From the NCBI GenBank assembly GCA_965113315.1, contig OZ220368.1: 64,000 nt of DNA, one strand, 5' to 3'. Of the stretch, positions 24,893-36,125 are shown in pieces; position 1 is the first letter of the stretch, and the number at the start of each line of letters is the position of its first letter. A model generated the notes under the pieces. That model saw only the letters and a list, made by a program, of their open reading frames with translations, made no database searches and was not told where the DNA came from. Position numbers and translations under genes: made by a program. This DNA comes from Podarcis vaucheri. Taxonomy: Eukaryota.

Positions 24893-26581
24893 CTGAAAAC
24901 GGGACAGAGCATCAGCAATTTCGTTAGAAATTCCTGGGACAAAACGGGCAGAAAAAACAATGTTAAAACGCAAGCAATGCAAGACGAAGGCCCGAAGAAG
25001 GGCAGATACCCGAGGGGATCGTGAAGACTGCTTGGCCAGTACATTCACCACCGCCTGGTTATCAGTCCAGAAACAAACACGGTGATCCCTAAATTGTTCG
25101 ACCCACAAGTGCACTGCCACTACAATGGGGAAAAACTCAAGAAAGGTTAAGTCCCTGGTTATAGCCTGCCCCCTCCATGCAGGAGGCCAGCGCTCAGCGC
25201 ACCACCTGCCATCCCAGTACAAGCCAAACCCTAAGGACCCCGCAGCATCCGAATGCACTTGGAAGTCGTTGTGGAGGTTCAAAGTGTCCTGCCACAAGGA
25301 CACCCCGTTGAATTCCTCCAAGAATTCCAACCAAATAGCAAGGTCAGCCCGTACCTGAGCAGGAAGGCGGACCCTGTGATGCGGGGCCTGCAGGCCCGAG
25401 GTGAGTCTGGCCAAGCGTGAACAGAAAGGTCGCCCGGGAGCGACCACCCTGCAAGCAAAGTTCAGGTGGCCCAGCAAAGACTGAAGTTGCCGCAGGGAGA
25501 CCTTCTTTAAAGGAATCATCTCTTCGATGACCATTCTTAAATTGGTTATTTTCTCAGGAGGCAGGCTAGATGTTTGAGCCACGGTATCTAACAAGATACC
25601 CAGGTAAGTCAGCTTGGTAGAAGGACCCTCGGTCTTCTCAGCCGCTAACGGGACGCCCAGCTCTTTCGTTAAGGAAGCGAAGGCTTGCAATAAGACCACA
25701 CAATCCCCCGTATTGCCTGCAGAGGCGACCAAAAAATCATCAAGATAATGCGTGACACCGCTTAAACCGGTTTTTTCACGTAAAGCCCATTCCAAAAACG
25801 AACTAAAACTCTCAAAGGCCGCACAGGCAACTGAGCAGCCCATGGGCATAGCCTTATCGAAATAAAAACTCCCTTCGAACTGAAATCCCAGCAACCAAAA
25901 ATCATCGGGATGAATAGGAAGCAGCCGAAATGCTGATTCAATGTCGCATTTTGCCAGTAAGGCGCCTGGCCCAAATTTTCGGATCATCTTGATTGCGTGA
26001 TCCAAAGAAGCATACCTCACTGAACAAAGCTCCGGGGGAATCACATCATTTACTGATGTGCCTCTGGGATGTGAAAGATTATGTATTAGGCGAAATTCCC
26101 CCGGGGCTTTTTTGGGAACTATGCCCAAAGGTGAAATATGCAAATTGGGAAATGGAGGGACCGCAAATGGACCGGCCATGCGACGTAAAGCTAGTTCCTT
26201 GCCAATTTTTCTTCGTGCCACCTCTGGCATATCCCTAATCGATTTCTGGTTGGCTGGGTTTCTGGCAACCGGGGTAGAGACCACCGGGATTCTAAAACCT
26301 AAAGAAAAACCTTCGCGCAAATAAGACGCCGCCTTGGCATCGGGGTACAACTCCAACAAAGAAAGCAGCGGCTGTAGCCTTACCGGGGTGTAAGCTAAAG
26401 AGGAAATCAAGCTACTTCCCTGCTCCCCCGGCAGGGGCTTGGGCTGCGGTTTTTGGGGGCTGTTGAGAGCCCCCCCCTTTTCGAAAGGGGCGGCGGCCAG
26501 TCTGGCACGCGGACCCGGAATGGTTCCCTGAACACTTATCACACGCATGTGCGTATTTACAAGACTGCCGTGTGCAAGCAC
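24806..26581 (-). CDS. Reverse transcriptase / RNase H
   Basis: SPLGIVPKK, FRLIHNLS, KCDIESAF, MPMG and HYLDDF RT motifs; SDAAG, LEFFPI, TDN and ADALSR RNase H motifs. Overlaps the gag end in the +1 frame; the listed start is GTG. Confidence 0.96.
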   Translation of the reverse strand: MLAHGSLVNTHMRVISVQGTIPGPRARLAAAPFEKGGALNSPQKPQPKPLPGEQGSSLISSLAYTPVRLQPLLSLLELYPDAKAASYLREGFSLGFRIPVVSTPVARNPANQKSIRDMPEVARRKIGKELALRRMAGPFAVPPFPNLHISPLGIVPKKAPGEFRLIHNLSHPRGTSVNDVIPPELCSVRYASLDHAIKMIRKFGPGALLAKCDIESAFRLLPIHPDDFWLLGFQFEGSFYFDKAMPMGCSVACAAFESFSSFLEWALREKTGLSGVTHYLDDFLVASAGNTGDCVVLLQAFASLTKELGVPLAAEKTEGPSTKLTYLGILLDTVAQTSSLPPEKITNLRMVIEEMIPLKKVSLRQLQSLLGHLNFACRVVAPGRPFCSRLARLTSGLQAPHHRVRLPAQVRADLAIWLEFLEEFNGVSLWQDTLNLHNDFQVHSDAAGSLGFGLYWDGRWCAERWPPAWRGQAITRDLTFLEFFPIVVAVHLWVEQFRDHRVCFWTDNQAVVNVLAKQSSRSPRVSALLRAFVLHCLRFNIVFSARFVPGISNEIADALSRFQMERFRSLVPVARDRPEIFPDHLWNLGRT

Positions 26582-27938
26582 CCTTATTGAAATCCCAGCA
26601 AAAAAACTTTTTTCCCAACCTGGTAGGGGCAGCCTTAAACTTCTGGGAGTCAGGGGCCTTCTTCTCTATTCGGGGGGCCACATAAGTGGTCCAGACATCC
26701 AAGTCCTTCCGATCCCAGCGGGCCGTAGGGATCTTAGCCGCCCTACGCCTAAAATTCTGGTCGTAAGCTAGCGCAGCAGTTTCTCCAGCCATTGTGAAGG
26801 TGGAACGGACAATGGACAGATACACCCAAAGATGCAATGATCTCCTGGGGTAGGCTGCGGCCACAACTCCAGCAAAAACCTGAAAACTATCTAGCCAACG
26901 CTCGAAGGTCCTGTCGGCCTTAGCTATGATTGACCGCTTCTTTGGAGCAGGCAGGCCCTTATCCAGAGGCTCCTGACCTTCCAACGGGGGAGCTAAGCTA
27001 AAGATATCAACGTAGCGGCCGTCCAAGATCCTTGAGCGTAATTTGGCGGACAGGTGAGCCCCCGGAATAATGTCCCTGGCCGAGTTGGTAGAGACTTTTA
27101 CATCCGGCACCAGGACCCCTTCAAGGCAGTCTAACACTGCCCCATATCTGGCCCTATGGGAGTTCGCCCTCCGCTCCCAAACCCATTTTGGAAGCCCCGA
27201 GGCTTCCCCAAAACCCCAGTATAACTTAAGGTGCGCTTCCTCATCGCTACTCGAACTCTGGGATGACTCACCTGATGAAGAGGACGAGGTGTCCCTACGC
27301 CTCTTCTTGGCACGCCTCCTTGAACTTCTCTTATGGCGGCGATGACCACCTGAGGACGTCTTCGGAGGGAGAGGGAGGCTATCCTCGACCGACGATTCTG
27401 ATGCGTCACCCTGCTGCGAAGTGGCTGGAAGTGACTGAAAAGACACAACCTGTGAATGACCAGGAATCGCTCTGCCTGCAACTGCGGGCTGCGCAGGCCA
27501 ACCCCGCACAACAAGGCCCCGTGCAGGTGCCCTTCTCCTAGCCCCCGCCCGGGCAGAGACCCGACCCCGTGGCACGGCCACCTGCGACACAGGCGGCACC
27601 GAGGACTGAGCCTGTGGCACGTCAGGCAAGTAGCCACTGGCTGGCACTGGCTCTTCCTCTTCTTCACTGGATGAAGACGGTGGAAGCGGAGCATCCACAG
27701 GGGGAGCCAGCATAGCAGAAGAAGTTGACGGGGTCGAGTGGCGATGCATCAGGCCATCCAGCTCCGCCTCCATCCTTGCCAGAGACACCGGGTCACCAGC
27801 CAAACTAGAGACCCTGGATTGGACTCGTTGTAAAGACTGGCCAGGTTGAGGAGAACGCAGAGCCTGAGATGGGCCTTTTATGGGCCGCTTAGCAGAGAGG
27901 GGAGGGGCCGACTTCCTTGTCGCCTTTTTTGGAGCCAT
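26412..27938 (-). CDS. Gag-like ORF1 (508 aa)
   Basis: ATG at 27938 in good Kozak context (GCAGGCATGG); low-complexity basic N-half with NLS-like RRHKRSSRRRAKKRRR; C-terminal C-x7-C-x4-C-x3-H followed by C-x2-C-x3-H-x4-C zinc fingers. Confidence 0.9.
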   Translation of the reverse strand: MAPKKATRKSAPPLSAKRPIKGPSQALRSPQPGQSLQRVQSRVSSLAGDPVSLARMEAELDGLMHRHSTPSTSSAMLAPPVDAPLPPSSSSEEEEEPVPASGYLPDVPQAQSSVPPVSQVAVPRGRVSARAGARRRAPARGLVVRGWPAQPAVAGRAIPGHSQVVSFQSLPATSQQGDASESSVEDSLPLPPKTSSGGHRRHKRSSRRRAKKRRRDTSSSSSGESSQSSSSDEEAHLKLYWGFGEASGLPKWVWERRANSHRARYGAVLDCLEGVLVPDVKVSTNSARDIIPGAHLSAKLRSRILDGRYVDIFSLAPPLEGQEPLDKGLPAPKKRSIIAKADRTFERWLDSFQVFAGVVAAAYPRRSLHLWVYLSIVRSTFTMAGETAALAYDQNFRRRAAKIPTARWDRKDLDVWTTYVAPRIEKKAPDSQKFKAAPTRLGKKFFCWDFNKGACTRQSCKYAHACDKCSGNHSGSACQTGRRPFRKGGGSQQPPKTAAQAPAGGAGK

Positions 27939-28619
27939 GCCTGCTACTGGCTTTGGACAGAAAATCAAATAAGAGGAAATAAAACAAATGAAATTAAGTC
28001 AAAATTAAATAGAATTAAATAATAATACAATAAAATAATACAATACAAATTAACGAATTTTAATAAAATAATAAACAACCAGCAGGCAGGAGAATAACCC
28101 CAACGCCCCAAGCGTATTCAGAGGCTTAGTCAGTGGTATAAGCAACAGGGATTAACAGGCAAACCTGAACAGGTAAAATTCAACAACCCCTGCAATACCA
28201 GATTGGCCACTAGAGGCCACTGCGGTGCGCAGCTAACACGAGCAGGCCCTGCAGTTACCAGATCCGGCCAGCAGGGGCCTCTATTAGTGAAACGGGGCAA
28301 GATGGCGCTCCCGCCAAAATTGCCCCCCGCAATTGGGGGATCACAAGTGAGGCTGGGCCAGGAACCAGGGATCGATTCAGCAGGAGCCCCCCAAGCGCCG
28401 ATGAGGAGGCCCAGCGGCGCAGGTAAGGGCTCCGCAGCTCTCACGGCCCCCCGCCGGCACCCCTAGAGGGCCCGCAGGGACGGGAGGGGCGAGAGAGGAG
28501 GGGGAAAGGTGGAAAAACTGCTCCCCCGTTCGGGAGCCGAGAGGCCTCCACGGGCCTCAAAACGAGAAAGGCGGCCCGGGCCGCCCAAGCCTCGGCCGCA
28601 GCAGACCCCCGCGCCACCG

Positions 28620-29150
28620 GAGGCGGCCCGCGGCGCGGCAGGCCTGGCCGGATGGGCACCCCCGGCGGGCCGCGCGCAGCAGCCGCTGCAGCAGCGAGCC
28701 CCGGGAGCCCCTAGGCCCCGATGCCGGGAAGGCGGCCTAGGCCAACGGCGCGGCGCGGCAGGCCCGGCCGGATCCGGCCCAGGCGCGGGCGATCGAGACG
28801 CCCCGGCGGGCCGCGCGCAGCAGCCGCTGCAGCAGCAAGCTCCGGGAGCCCCTAGGCCCCGACGCCCGGAAGGCGGGCCAGGCCGCGCAGGCCCCCTAAC
28901 CGCGCCGAAGCGGGCCGGGGCCGATCGCCGCGCCGCCGGACGCGACCAACGGCGCAGCGCGGCAGGCCCGGCGGGATCTGGCCCAGGCGCGGGCGATCGA
29001 GGCGCCCCGGCGGGCCGCGCGCAGCAGCCGCTGCAGCAGCGAGCTCCGGGAGCCCCTAGGCCCCGACGCTGGGAAGGCGGCCCAGGCCGCGCAGGCCCCC
29101 CAACCGCACCGAAGCGGGCTGGGGCCGATCACCGCGCCGCCGGACGCGTG
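28620..29150. repeat. GC/CpG-rich imperfect tandem repeat in the element's 5' leader
   Basis: Block ccccggcgggccgcgcgcagcagccgctgcagcagc at 28660, 28801 and 29005 (periods 141 and 204 bp). Confidence 0.9.
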
Positions 29151-29622
29151 AAGGCGCCTCCCCGCGGGCCACAGTCAACCGCAGCGGCGGCAGCGAGACC
29201 CAGGGGAACTCAAACGTGAGTAAGGGGGAAGGGGGGAGGGTGGGTAACAGCCGAACCGCAGCCGCCCCGCAGCAGCGGTAGGCCCCGGGAGCGGTAGGCC
29301 GTGGGTCAGTAGGCAGGCTCTAATGGCCAGGGATAGCCGGGCCAGATACAGCAGGGACCCAGCCCCCGCCGGCCAGAGCCTTCCCGGCCCGGACAACGGC
29401 TCGGCCGAGACCGGGCCGTAGCCAGTCGGGACCGGGAGATCACCCCCCCCCCAGGGAGAAGACAGGATAAATTAACAGGGAAGAAAATTAAATTAATAAT
29501 AATAATTCAGAAAAAATTAACTTAACCAATCGCTTGGGGATAAATTGAATTAGGAAGGAAAGAAAGGTAAAGCTAAGATCAATACGACCAAGATTTCTCT
29601 CGCTGTTTCACTCCGGTGTAAA

Positions 29623-29840
29623 AGATCCGATGTCCACAGCAAAAGAGAAAGAGAAAGCTGTGGACCCTGCTTATATAAGGGGACTAAACCCACCCCTAAA
29701 TTGGCAACATCAATTTTGCCCCAGTAACAGCTTTAACCAATCTGCTCCATCCCATTGCCCTCAATGGGCTGGTCACTAACTGGGGGCTTTGTTTGGCCCC
29801 ATCCGCAACACGTGCTCTCTCTTCTATGAGAACACGCTTT
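29623..29840 (-). repeat. Split direct repeat A1 (5' terminal)
   Basis: Identical by eye to 22645-22862. Confidence 0.96.
29645..29745 (-). promoter_or_regulatory. Putative Pol II promoter in repeat A
   Basis: Palindromic CTTATATAAG (29670-29679), upstream CCAAT boxes (~29700-29704 and ~29737-29741) and a pyrimidine-rich stretch 25-30 nt downstream on the minus strand. Confidence 0.6.
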
Positions 29841-31666
29841 GTTTGTAGAGCTATATGGATTTTTATAAAGGATTTTAAAGAATTTTCACTAAAAAGATCC
29901 ACCCACAAATGAAACAAGATGGAGCCTGGCACAGGATGGAAATATGGCAAAACATGTTCTCCTAGTTGTATGTAGTTGCTTAGGCCAATACAAAATGGTG
30001 GCGTGAGGCAGGCCATGTTCATGGCATGGATGGACTTGGATGCTTTAAATGCCCCATTCAGGATCCACTTCAGACTCGACTCTAACCTAAAAAGATCTGG
30101 ACGCCACTGTGACATGGACCCAAAATCTGGAGTTTACCACCACTTGTAGCTACTGCATAGTTTTCTGCTTGGCATCCTGGTTAGTTTTCTAATGAACTTT
30201 GGCAGGTATCAATAACTCCCAGCTTCATAGCCCACTTCCATGGCTAGTCTTTTGGAATTTGCTACCCTTTCAGTTATTGCTCTGAATCAGCTTGTGTTTG
30301 TTGGGTTGCTTTGATTTGAACAAGATCCCTGGTGTCACCTCACAACATGACTTTTTGTTTGCAGATAAGGTTTACAGACTATTCTGTGTCTTGCCTCTTC
30401 AGGTTTATCCTATGATATAGATTTCCCCAATGTCTCGCATTGTGTGTCATATGTAAGAAGATAAAAGGTTTTTGTGTTTCTTCCCCCCAAAATAAAGATG
30501 CTTTAAGTACTCACAGAGGATTGCACGCATCCACCTGAATCTAAAGAGCCAGGTAGTGGTTCTATCCATCAATGGCTTTTGTTTTTTAAAAAAGAGATTC
30601 CTGCAAGCAGTTGGTTGATTGATGAAACTTCGTGTCTCTGTGGAAACTCTGGCAGAAAGTGCACTCTGTTCCTAAGTGGCTTAGAGCTGCCACTGCTGGG
30701 TCTTGTTCTGATAGCTCCAAGGTTGTGATACATATTCAGTAAAGGCTAGGCAACATCTGCCAAGACTGGACCACATCCGTGTCTGCAGTAGAGCAGGGGA
30801 GGGGGGGACCTTTACAGCTCAAGTTTCTGAAGGCTACATGCCACTGGTGAGCAAGGCCAGTGGCAAAAGTGGATTGAGCAAAAAGTGTAGCCTACATTCT
30901 GTTGCGGGTTTCAATACTCACCCGCATACACACATCTTTCCATCCATTTAAACAAGAGGTTCTCTCAAAGTTCAAGAATGTGCAGAAGCACTTGAAGATG
31001 TGGAACAGAGCCACTGAGAAGTGCAGACCTTTCAAGTGTCCCTACTTTCCAGGGACAGTCCCGGATTTACAGAAGCCATCCTGGTTTCTGATTTGATCCT
31101 GGAATGTCCCACTTTTCCTTAGGATGTCCCGATTTTCATCAGAGAAATCTAGGAGAGTATGGTAGGACATCCTATTTTCATGGGAGAAATGTTGGAGGGT
31201 GTGGAGTTATGCGACCCCTGAGCCAAGGAGAAAAGTAACTGTACAACCTTTAGAAGACTTCCGATGGCTCCCCAGTACAGGGAAGTTTTAAAATGTTTAA
31301 TCATGTTGTTTGTATAGGCTGGAAGTTGCCCAGAGTTGCTGGGGCTACCCAGTCAGATGGACGTGGTATAAATGTTGTTGTTGCAGTTTTCAACTGCAGG
31401 GTATGGAAGTGTGTGGAAATTGGGGTATGTGGCCTGGGCTGGGTTACAGAGGACTGGAGGGCCATGTTTTTACCCCCAGACCAAAGGTTTCCCATTCCTG
31501 CGGTAGAAGAAAGTCATGATTAACATTGCATGGTATGATGGCATTTAAACTGATGACATGAATGGTGGGGATAAGGCTGGTTTCCGCTAGGGCTTGTCCC
31601 CTTGAGGAATGCTCTATTATTTCCCATCCATGAATTTTCAGGTTTCATTCCAAAGAAAAAACTGTA

Positions 31667-31900
31667 CAGTGGTACCTCGGGTTACAGACGCTTTGGGTTA
31701 CAGACGCTTCAGGTTACAGACTCCGCTAACCCAGAATTAGTACCTCGGGTTAAGAAATTTGTTTCAGGATGAGAACAGAAATTGCGCGGCGGCAGCAGTG
31801 GGAGGCCCCATTAGCTAAAGTGGTACCTCGGGTTAAGAACAGTTTCAGGTTAAGAACGGACCTGCAAAATTAATTAAGTTCTTAACCCGAGGTACCACTG
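31667..31900. mobile_element. Tigger/pogo-type MITE
   Basis: TA|cagtggtacctcgggtta ... taacccgaggtaccactg|TA, perfect TIR with TA TSD. Confidence 0.9.
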
Positions 31901-34900
31901 TATAGCTAAAATAAGATATAAGGAAAAGCACACAGGCAGTGTTGTAAGCAGTTGCTCACTAAGCAACACAATCAAACAACAAACATGTTAGCTTTCTTAT
32001 ATTTATGTTTTGGCTGCTCTGCAATGATTCACTGCTGCCAAAGTTCCCCTTCACCATAATGTTTCTGCCTACAGTGCTAGGCAGAGACAATCTGGTTTAG
32101 GATATTGAAGGGGATGCCAAAACAATGAGGACTGTCACAACTTGAAGACATGAAAATGCTTTTTAGAGCTATTAAATACAGAATTATTTGGGCCTATATA
32201 CCTGATTCTGTGCAAAACAGTACATGTAATCAATACAGGTTAGTGAAAGTTGAGGGAGAGAGACCAAATTTTGGGCACAGCAGCTGCTATAGATAGATGC
32301 TTTCCTCCAAAGATGATTTCTCTCTTTTATAGGCTGATCCTGCTTCATAGCACTGGAAGTAGAAGACAGCAATTATTTGTTTCATATAATTATATTCCTG
32401 GGAGCCATGCCTATTTTTTTTTCAGATATTTGCCACTAAATGCCAGATGAGCTTTGTGCTTAATTTCCATAGGAGGCAACTATGTATCTTGTTTTTCCTC
32501 AACCTACTATAAGGAAATGTAGAGTCAGATGTTCATTGTGAAGAGAGCATGCAGGAAGGAATTACTTTGCTCCCCGACTAAGATCAAGCTGGGGAGCCCG
32601 ACAAACACGGCTGGATGACTTGTGAATGGAGATATTCATTCATTCATTCATCCATTCATTCATAACAGTATTTCTACACCACCATATCATAAAATATCAA
32701 TATGATGTACAGCAGTGTTTCCCTAAGTGTGGTACTCAAATACCCAGGGATACATGACATGGTTTCAAAGGGTACATGGCAAAAAAATGTAGAACATTAT
32801 CACAGTTGTTTTAACTGCAGAAAATTATTCAAAGATAAAATAGTCATTAAAACTACCTCCAAATTATCTTAGCTGAAGAAGGGGTACCCCAGTAAGACTA
32901 AACTTTCTAAAGGGTTACACAATCATTGTAGGTTTGGGAAACACTGGTGAAGAGCAGTAGAAAACAAAACACCATTAAAAACCTTACAAATAATCTTGAA
33001 AGTGGCTGGCTAATAAATTTAAACAGCTCCAAAGGCCTGTTGGCATAAAAGGGACTTCCAGACATCCCTGAAAATCAAAAGCGAGAATCCCTGCAGATTC
33101 GTGTTCTTATGTACCTGTATTATTTTATATTTCAAGGATGTCCCATGATCATATTATAAAGCAGTTATGTTCTGTGCTATAAATCAAGCACTGTTAGGGG
33201 TTATTTCTTCTTGTTTTTCCAATCTATTTTCCATCAATAAAAATTCAGTATGGTTCAAAAAACTTTTTATTCTGAAAGAAGAAGAAATTTGGGTTAGAGT
33301 CTGTCAGAAACCTCAAGCTTGTTACTGACATTGCTTCACAACAATAGGGAGGTGTTGTGCAGTGGGGTGAGCCTTTGAACGAAGGAGCAATTCCTTACCA
33401 GACTTGCTTTTCATATGAATTCTGGTCCCCAGGTTGTCAAGGAAAGGTCCGGGGGGGGGGAGGTGGGCGCTCAAGTTCCTTACAGGAAATTTTGCACCAA
33501 AATTAACATCAAAGTTGTCCCCAGACTCAGAGGTATAGGAGACGAAGCCAGTGACAACATTTGACAACAGACATTTTCTTTTGGCATGGCTACTGATGTT
33601 TGCCTAGGCTCCTTGTTTGCTCTTTGTCACCTTTGATTCTCTCACCCCAGCCCCAATTTCAACATTTTAAATATATATTTTGAAAGCTGAAGATGAACTT
33701 TTCATTTATCATCCCACACTGAAAGTGTGTGTGAGACAAAGGGGACTGGATGGGAGAAATAATCTTTTTACAATCCAAATGCATCACTGTTATGCCAAAT
33801 TTTCATTGCAGAAGTTCGTGCAGTGGTCAATCCTTATCTGCAGAGCACAGAGATTAGAGCAGGTTTCTAAAGGTCTTCAGATTTTTAAATGTGAGCTTTT
33901 CTCTACAGCGTGCATCCATTTGCTAACACACACACCCCTGATGACGTCTCAGTTTCTCTTAACAGGGGCATATGAGCTTATCACATTTGCAAATGTACAG
34001 ATGAGTCAAAATTGGGAAGAAGAGCAATGACTAGGTTGGACGGGATGCAAACTCAAAGAGAAGTAGGAAACAGTGAGGAATTGCTGGGGGAAAAGAGAAT
34101 AAAGACTATCTTTATTCCTTGCCCCCCCCCAGTTCTTCTCTTTAGGACGGCTTACACATTCAGCTCAAAGGCTTGTTTATGTGTTACAATGAATAAAAGA
34201 ACAGATGGTTTTTATGCATGTACAAGTTTTTCCTATGAAAGTGTACACTTGTTGAGTTGCACAGCACAACTATTGTGTACAGTGACTGTACACTCAGTGA
34301 CTGTAAGATGTGAACCTGTTTAAATATTTGGAGGTTGTAACCAGTGTTAGTTCTACTCAAAGTAGGCTCATTGAAAGTAATAAACATGACAATCTTAGGT
34401 TCATTTATTTCAATAGGTCAACTCTGGAGACAAGTCTTTGTCTGGACTTTGTTCCCATGTACCAATTCTCTACAGAGCCACTGAATAACCAGCATTTTCG
34501 GTATGTCAGGTTAGTCATGTAGCTTGGCCCTTAGAGAAAGTTCGTGAGAGAACAGCGATTTGTGAGCTGGTTCTTGAGAGTAGGTGGAATCTGTTAAGCA
34601 AAGTGTCTAATGATGATCCTGCCACAGTAAATAACTTCATTTTCAAAAAGATTAAATCCATCTGCAGGCACAATTTTTTTAAAGGTTATCTCTGAGTTCA
34701 GTAGGTATAGTGTACTCTTATCAAACCCAAAGAGCTTGCCATGGGTTTGATAACCCTTAAGCCTCCCCTGTTTTCACATTTCTGCAAGGAGGCAAGAGAG
34801 AGAACCAAATTGGAAATAATTGCCTCCTGCAGTAACAGGTTTATCACCATGAAAATATGATTCGTTCCCCTGGAATGTATGCTACTCTCAGATCATCTTG

Positions 34901-35680
34901 TGCTTCCCCGTTAACTTAGAAATTACATCAGATAGAAGATCCCAGAGAACTCCTTGCTGAGGCCCCCATTTGGTGCCATAATAGAGAGAATTATTGTGAA
35001 GGCAGGAATTGCAGGCTGCTAAGGAACGAACACAAAAGTGGTTGTGGCCTCCATCACAAGAAGATATACACAGCTCTGTTATGCGCTCTGCTTTTATTTC
35101 TTTGTTAGATTTTTGCACACCAATATGTTGCTTTTTTGTTTTTGATGTTATTTAATGGCAAGCACCTGCAAATCTACTTGCCAGTTTGCCTGGGAAGAGC
35201 TTCTCACTAGATGCAGAGCATCTAGCAGTACACAACCCCCACCCCCCAGAAGCAAAGAAAATAAGAAGTGTCCTTTTGGATCAAGCCGTAGGCCCATCGA
35301 ATCTATCATTGTGTTCTCTTAGTGGCCAACCAATGGCCTTTGGGAAGCCACAAGTAGGACATAAGCACAATAGCACCAAGCCTACTGGTAGAGCCCAACA
35401 CTTGGTACCCAGAGATATACTACCTGCAGTGCTGAAATTGGTACACAGCCATCATGGTTAATAGTAATTGCCAACTTTATTCCTCTGGCATATTTCATAA
35501 AGCCTCTCAGAGTCACCCAAGTTGATGGCCATCACTAAATCTTGCAGCAAGAAATGCCATAGTTTAATTATTCACTGTCGGAAGAAGTTCCTTTTGTGTG
35601 TCCTGAGTCTTCCAGCATTTGGATTTATTGAATGACTCTAATTATGTAAAGGGGAGAAAATTTCTATTTTCTGATGCTAT

Positions 35681-35682
<2 letters not shown>

Positions 35683-35731
<49 letters not shown>

Positions 35732-36125
35732 TTTATTTATATCCCGCCCTCCCCAGCCGAAGCTGGGCTCAGGGCGGCTAACAACAATCAAAATAACTCA
35801 ACATTCTAAAACATTCATTATAAAATTAATTAAATCAAATTAAAATCAAATTAATGGCAACCATCAAGCAAAATTTTGTGCAGATTGCCAGAGGAGGGGG
35901 TCAGGCTGCGCCCTGACAAAAGGCCTGGTGGAACAGCTCTGTCTTGCAGGCCCTGCGGAAGGATGTCAAGTCCTGCAGGGCCCTAGTCTCTTGTGACAGA
36001 GCGTTCCACCAGATTGGAGCCGCGGCCGAGAAGGCCCTGGCTCTAGTTGAGGCCAGCCTAACCTCTCTGAGGCCTGGGATCTTTAGGGTGTTTTTATTTG
36101 CAGACCGTAAATTTCTCTGTGGGAA
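35683..36125 (-). mobile_element. L2-like LINE 3' end with (AAT)n tail
   Basis: Peptide RARAFSAAAPIWWNAL...SFRRACKTELF; microsatellite tail at 35683-35729. Confidence 0.8.

Larger units (their letters stand above)
22059..29840 (-). mobile_element. Intact Ngaro-type (DIRS order) tyrosine-recombinase retrotransposon
   Basis: Split direct repeats A1-ORFs-B1-A2-spacer-B2 on the minus strand; gag, RT/RNase H, YR and SGNH hydrolase ORFs all uninterrupted; TTT core at both ends; no integrase and no conventional TSD. Confidence 0.96.

Noticed and set aside
26600-26620. GGGAAAAAAGTTTTTTT as a -1 gag-pol frameshift site
   Set aside because: Pol is in the +1 frame relative to gag, so -1 slippage would not reach it. 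A +1/-2 shift is not excluded, but the splice model fits better.
28509-29219. 236-aa plus-strand ORF with three PAGRAQQPLQQ repeats
   Set aside because: GTG start, antisense to the element, and extreme GC content makes stops rare. Repeat periods of 141 and 204 are multiples of 3, but that is weak evidence.
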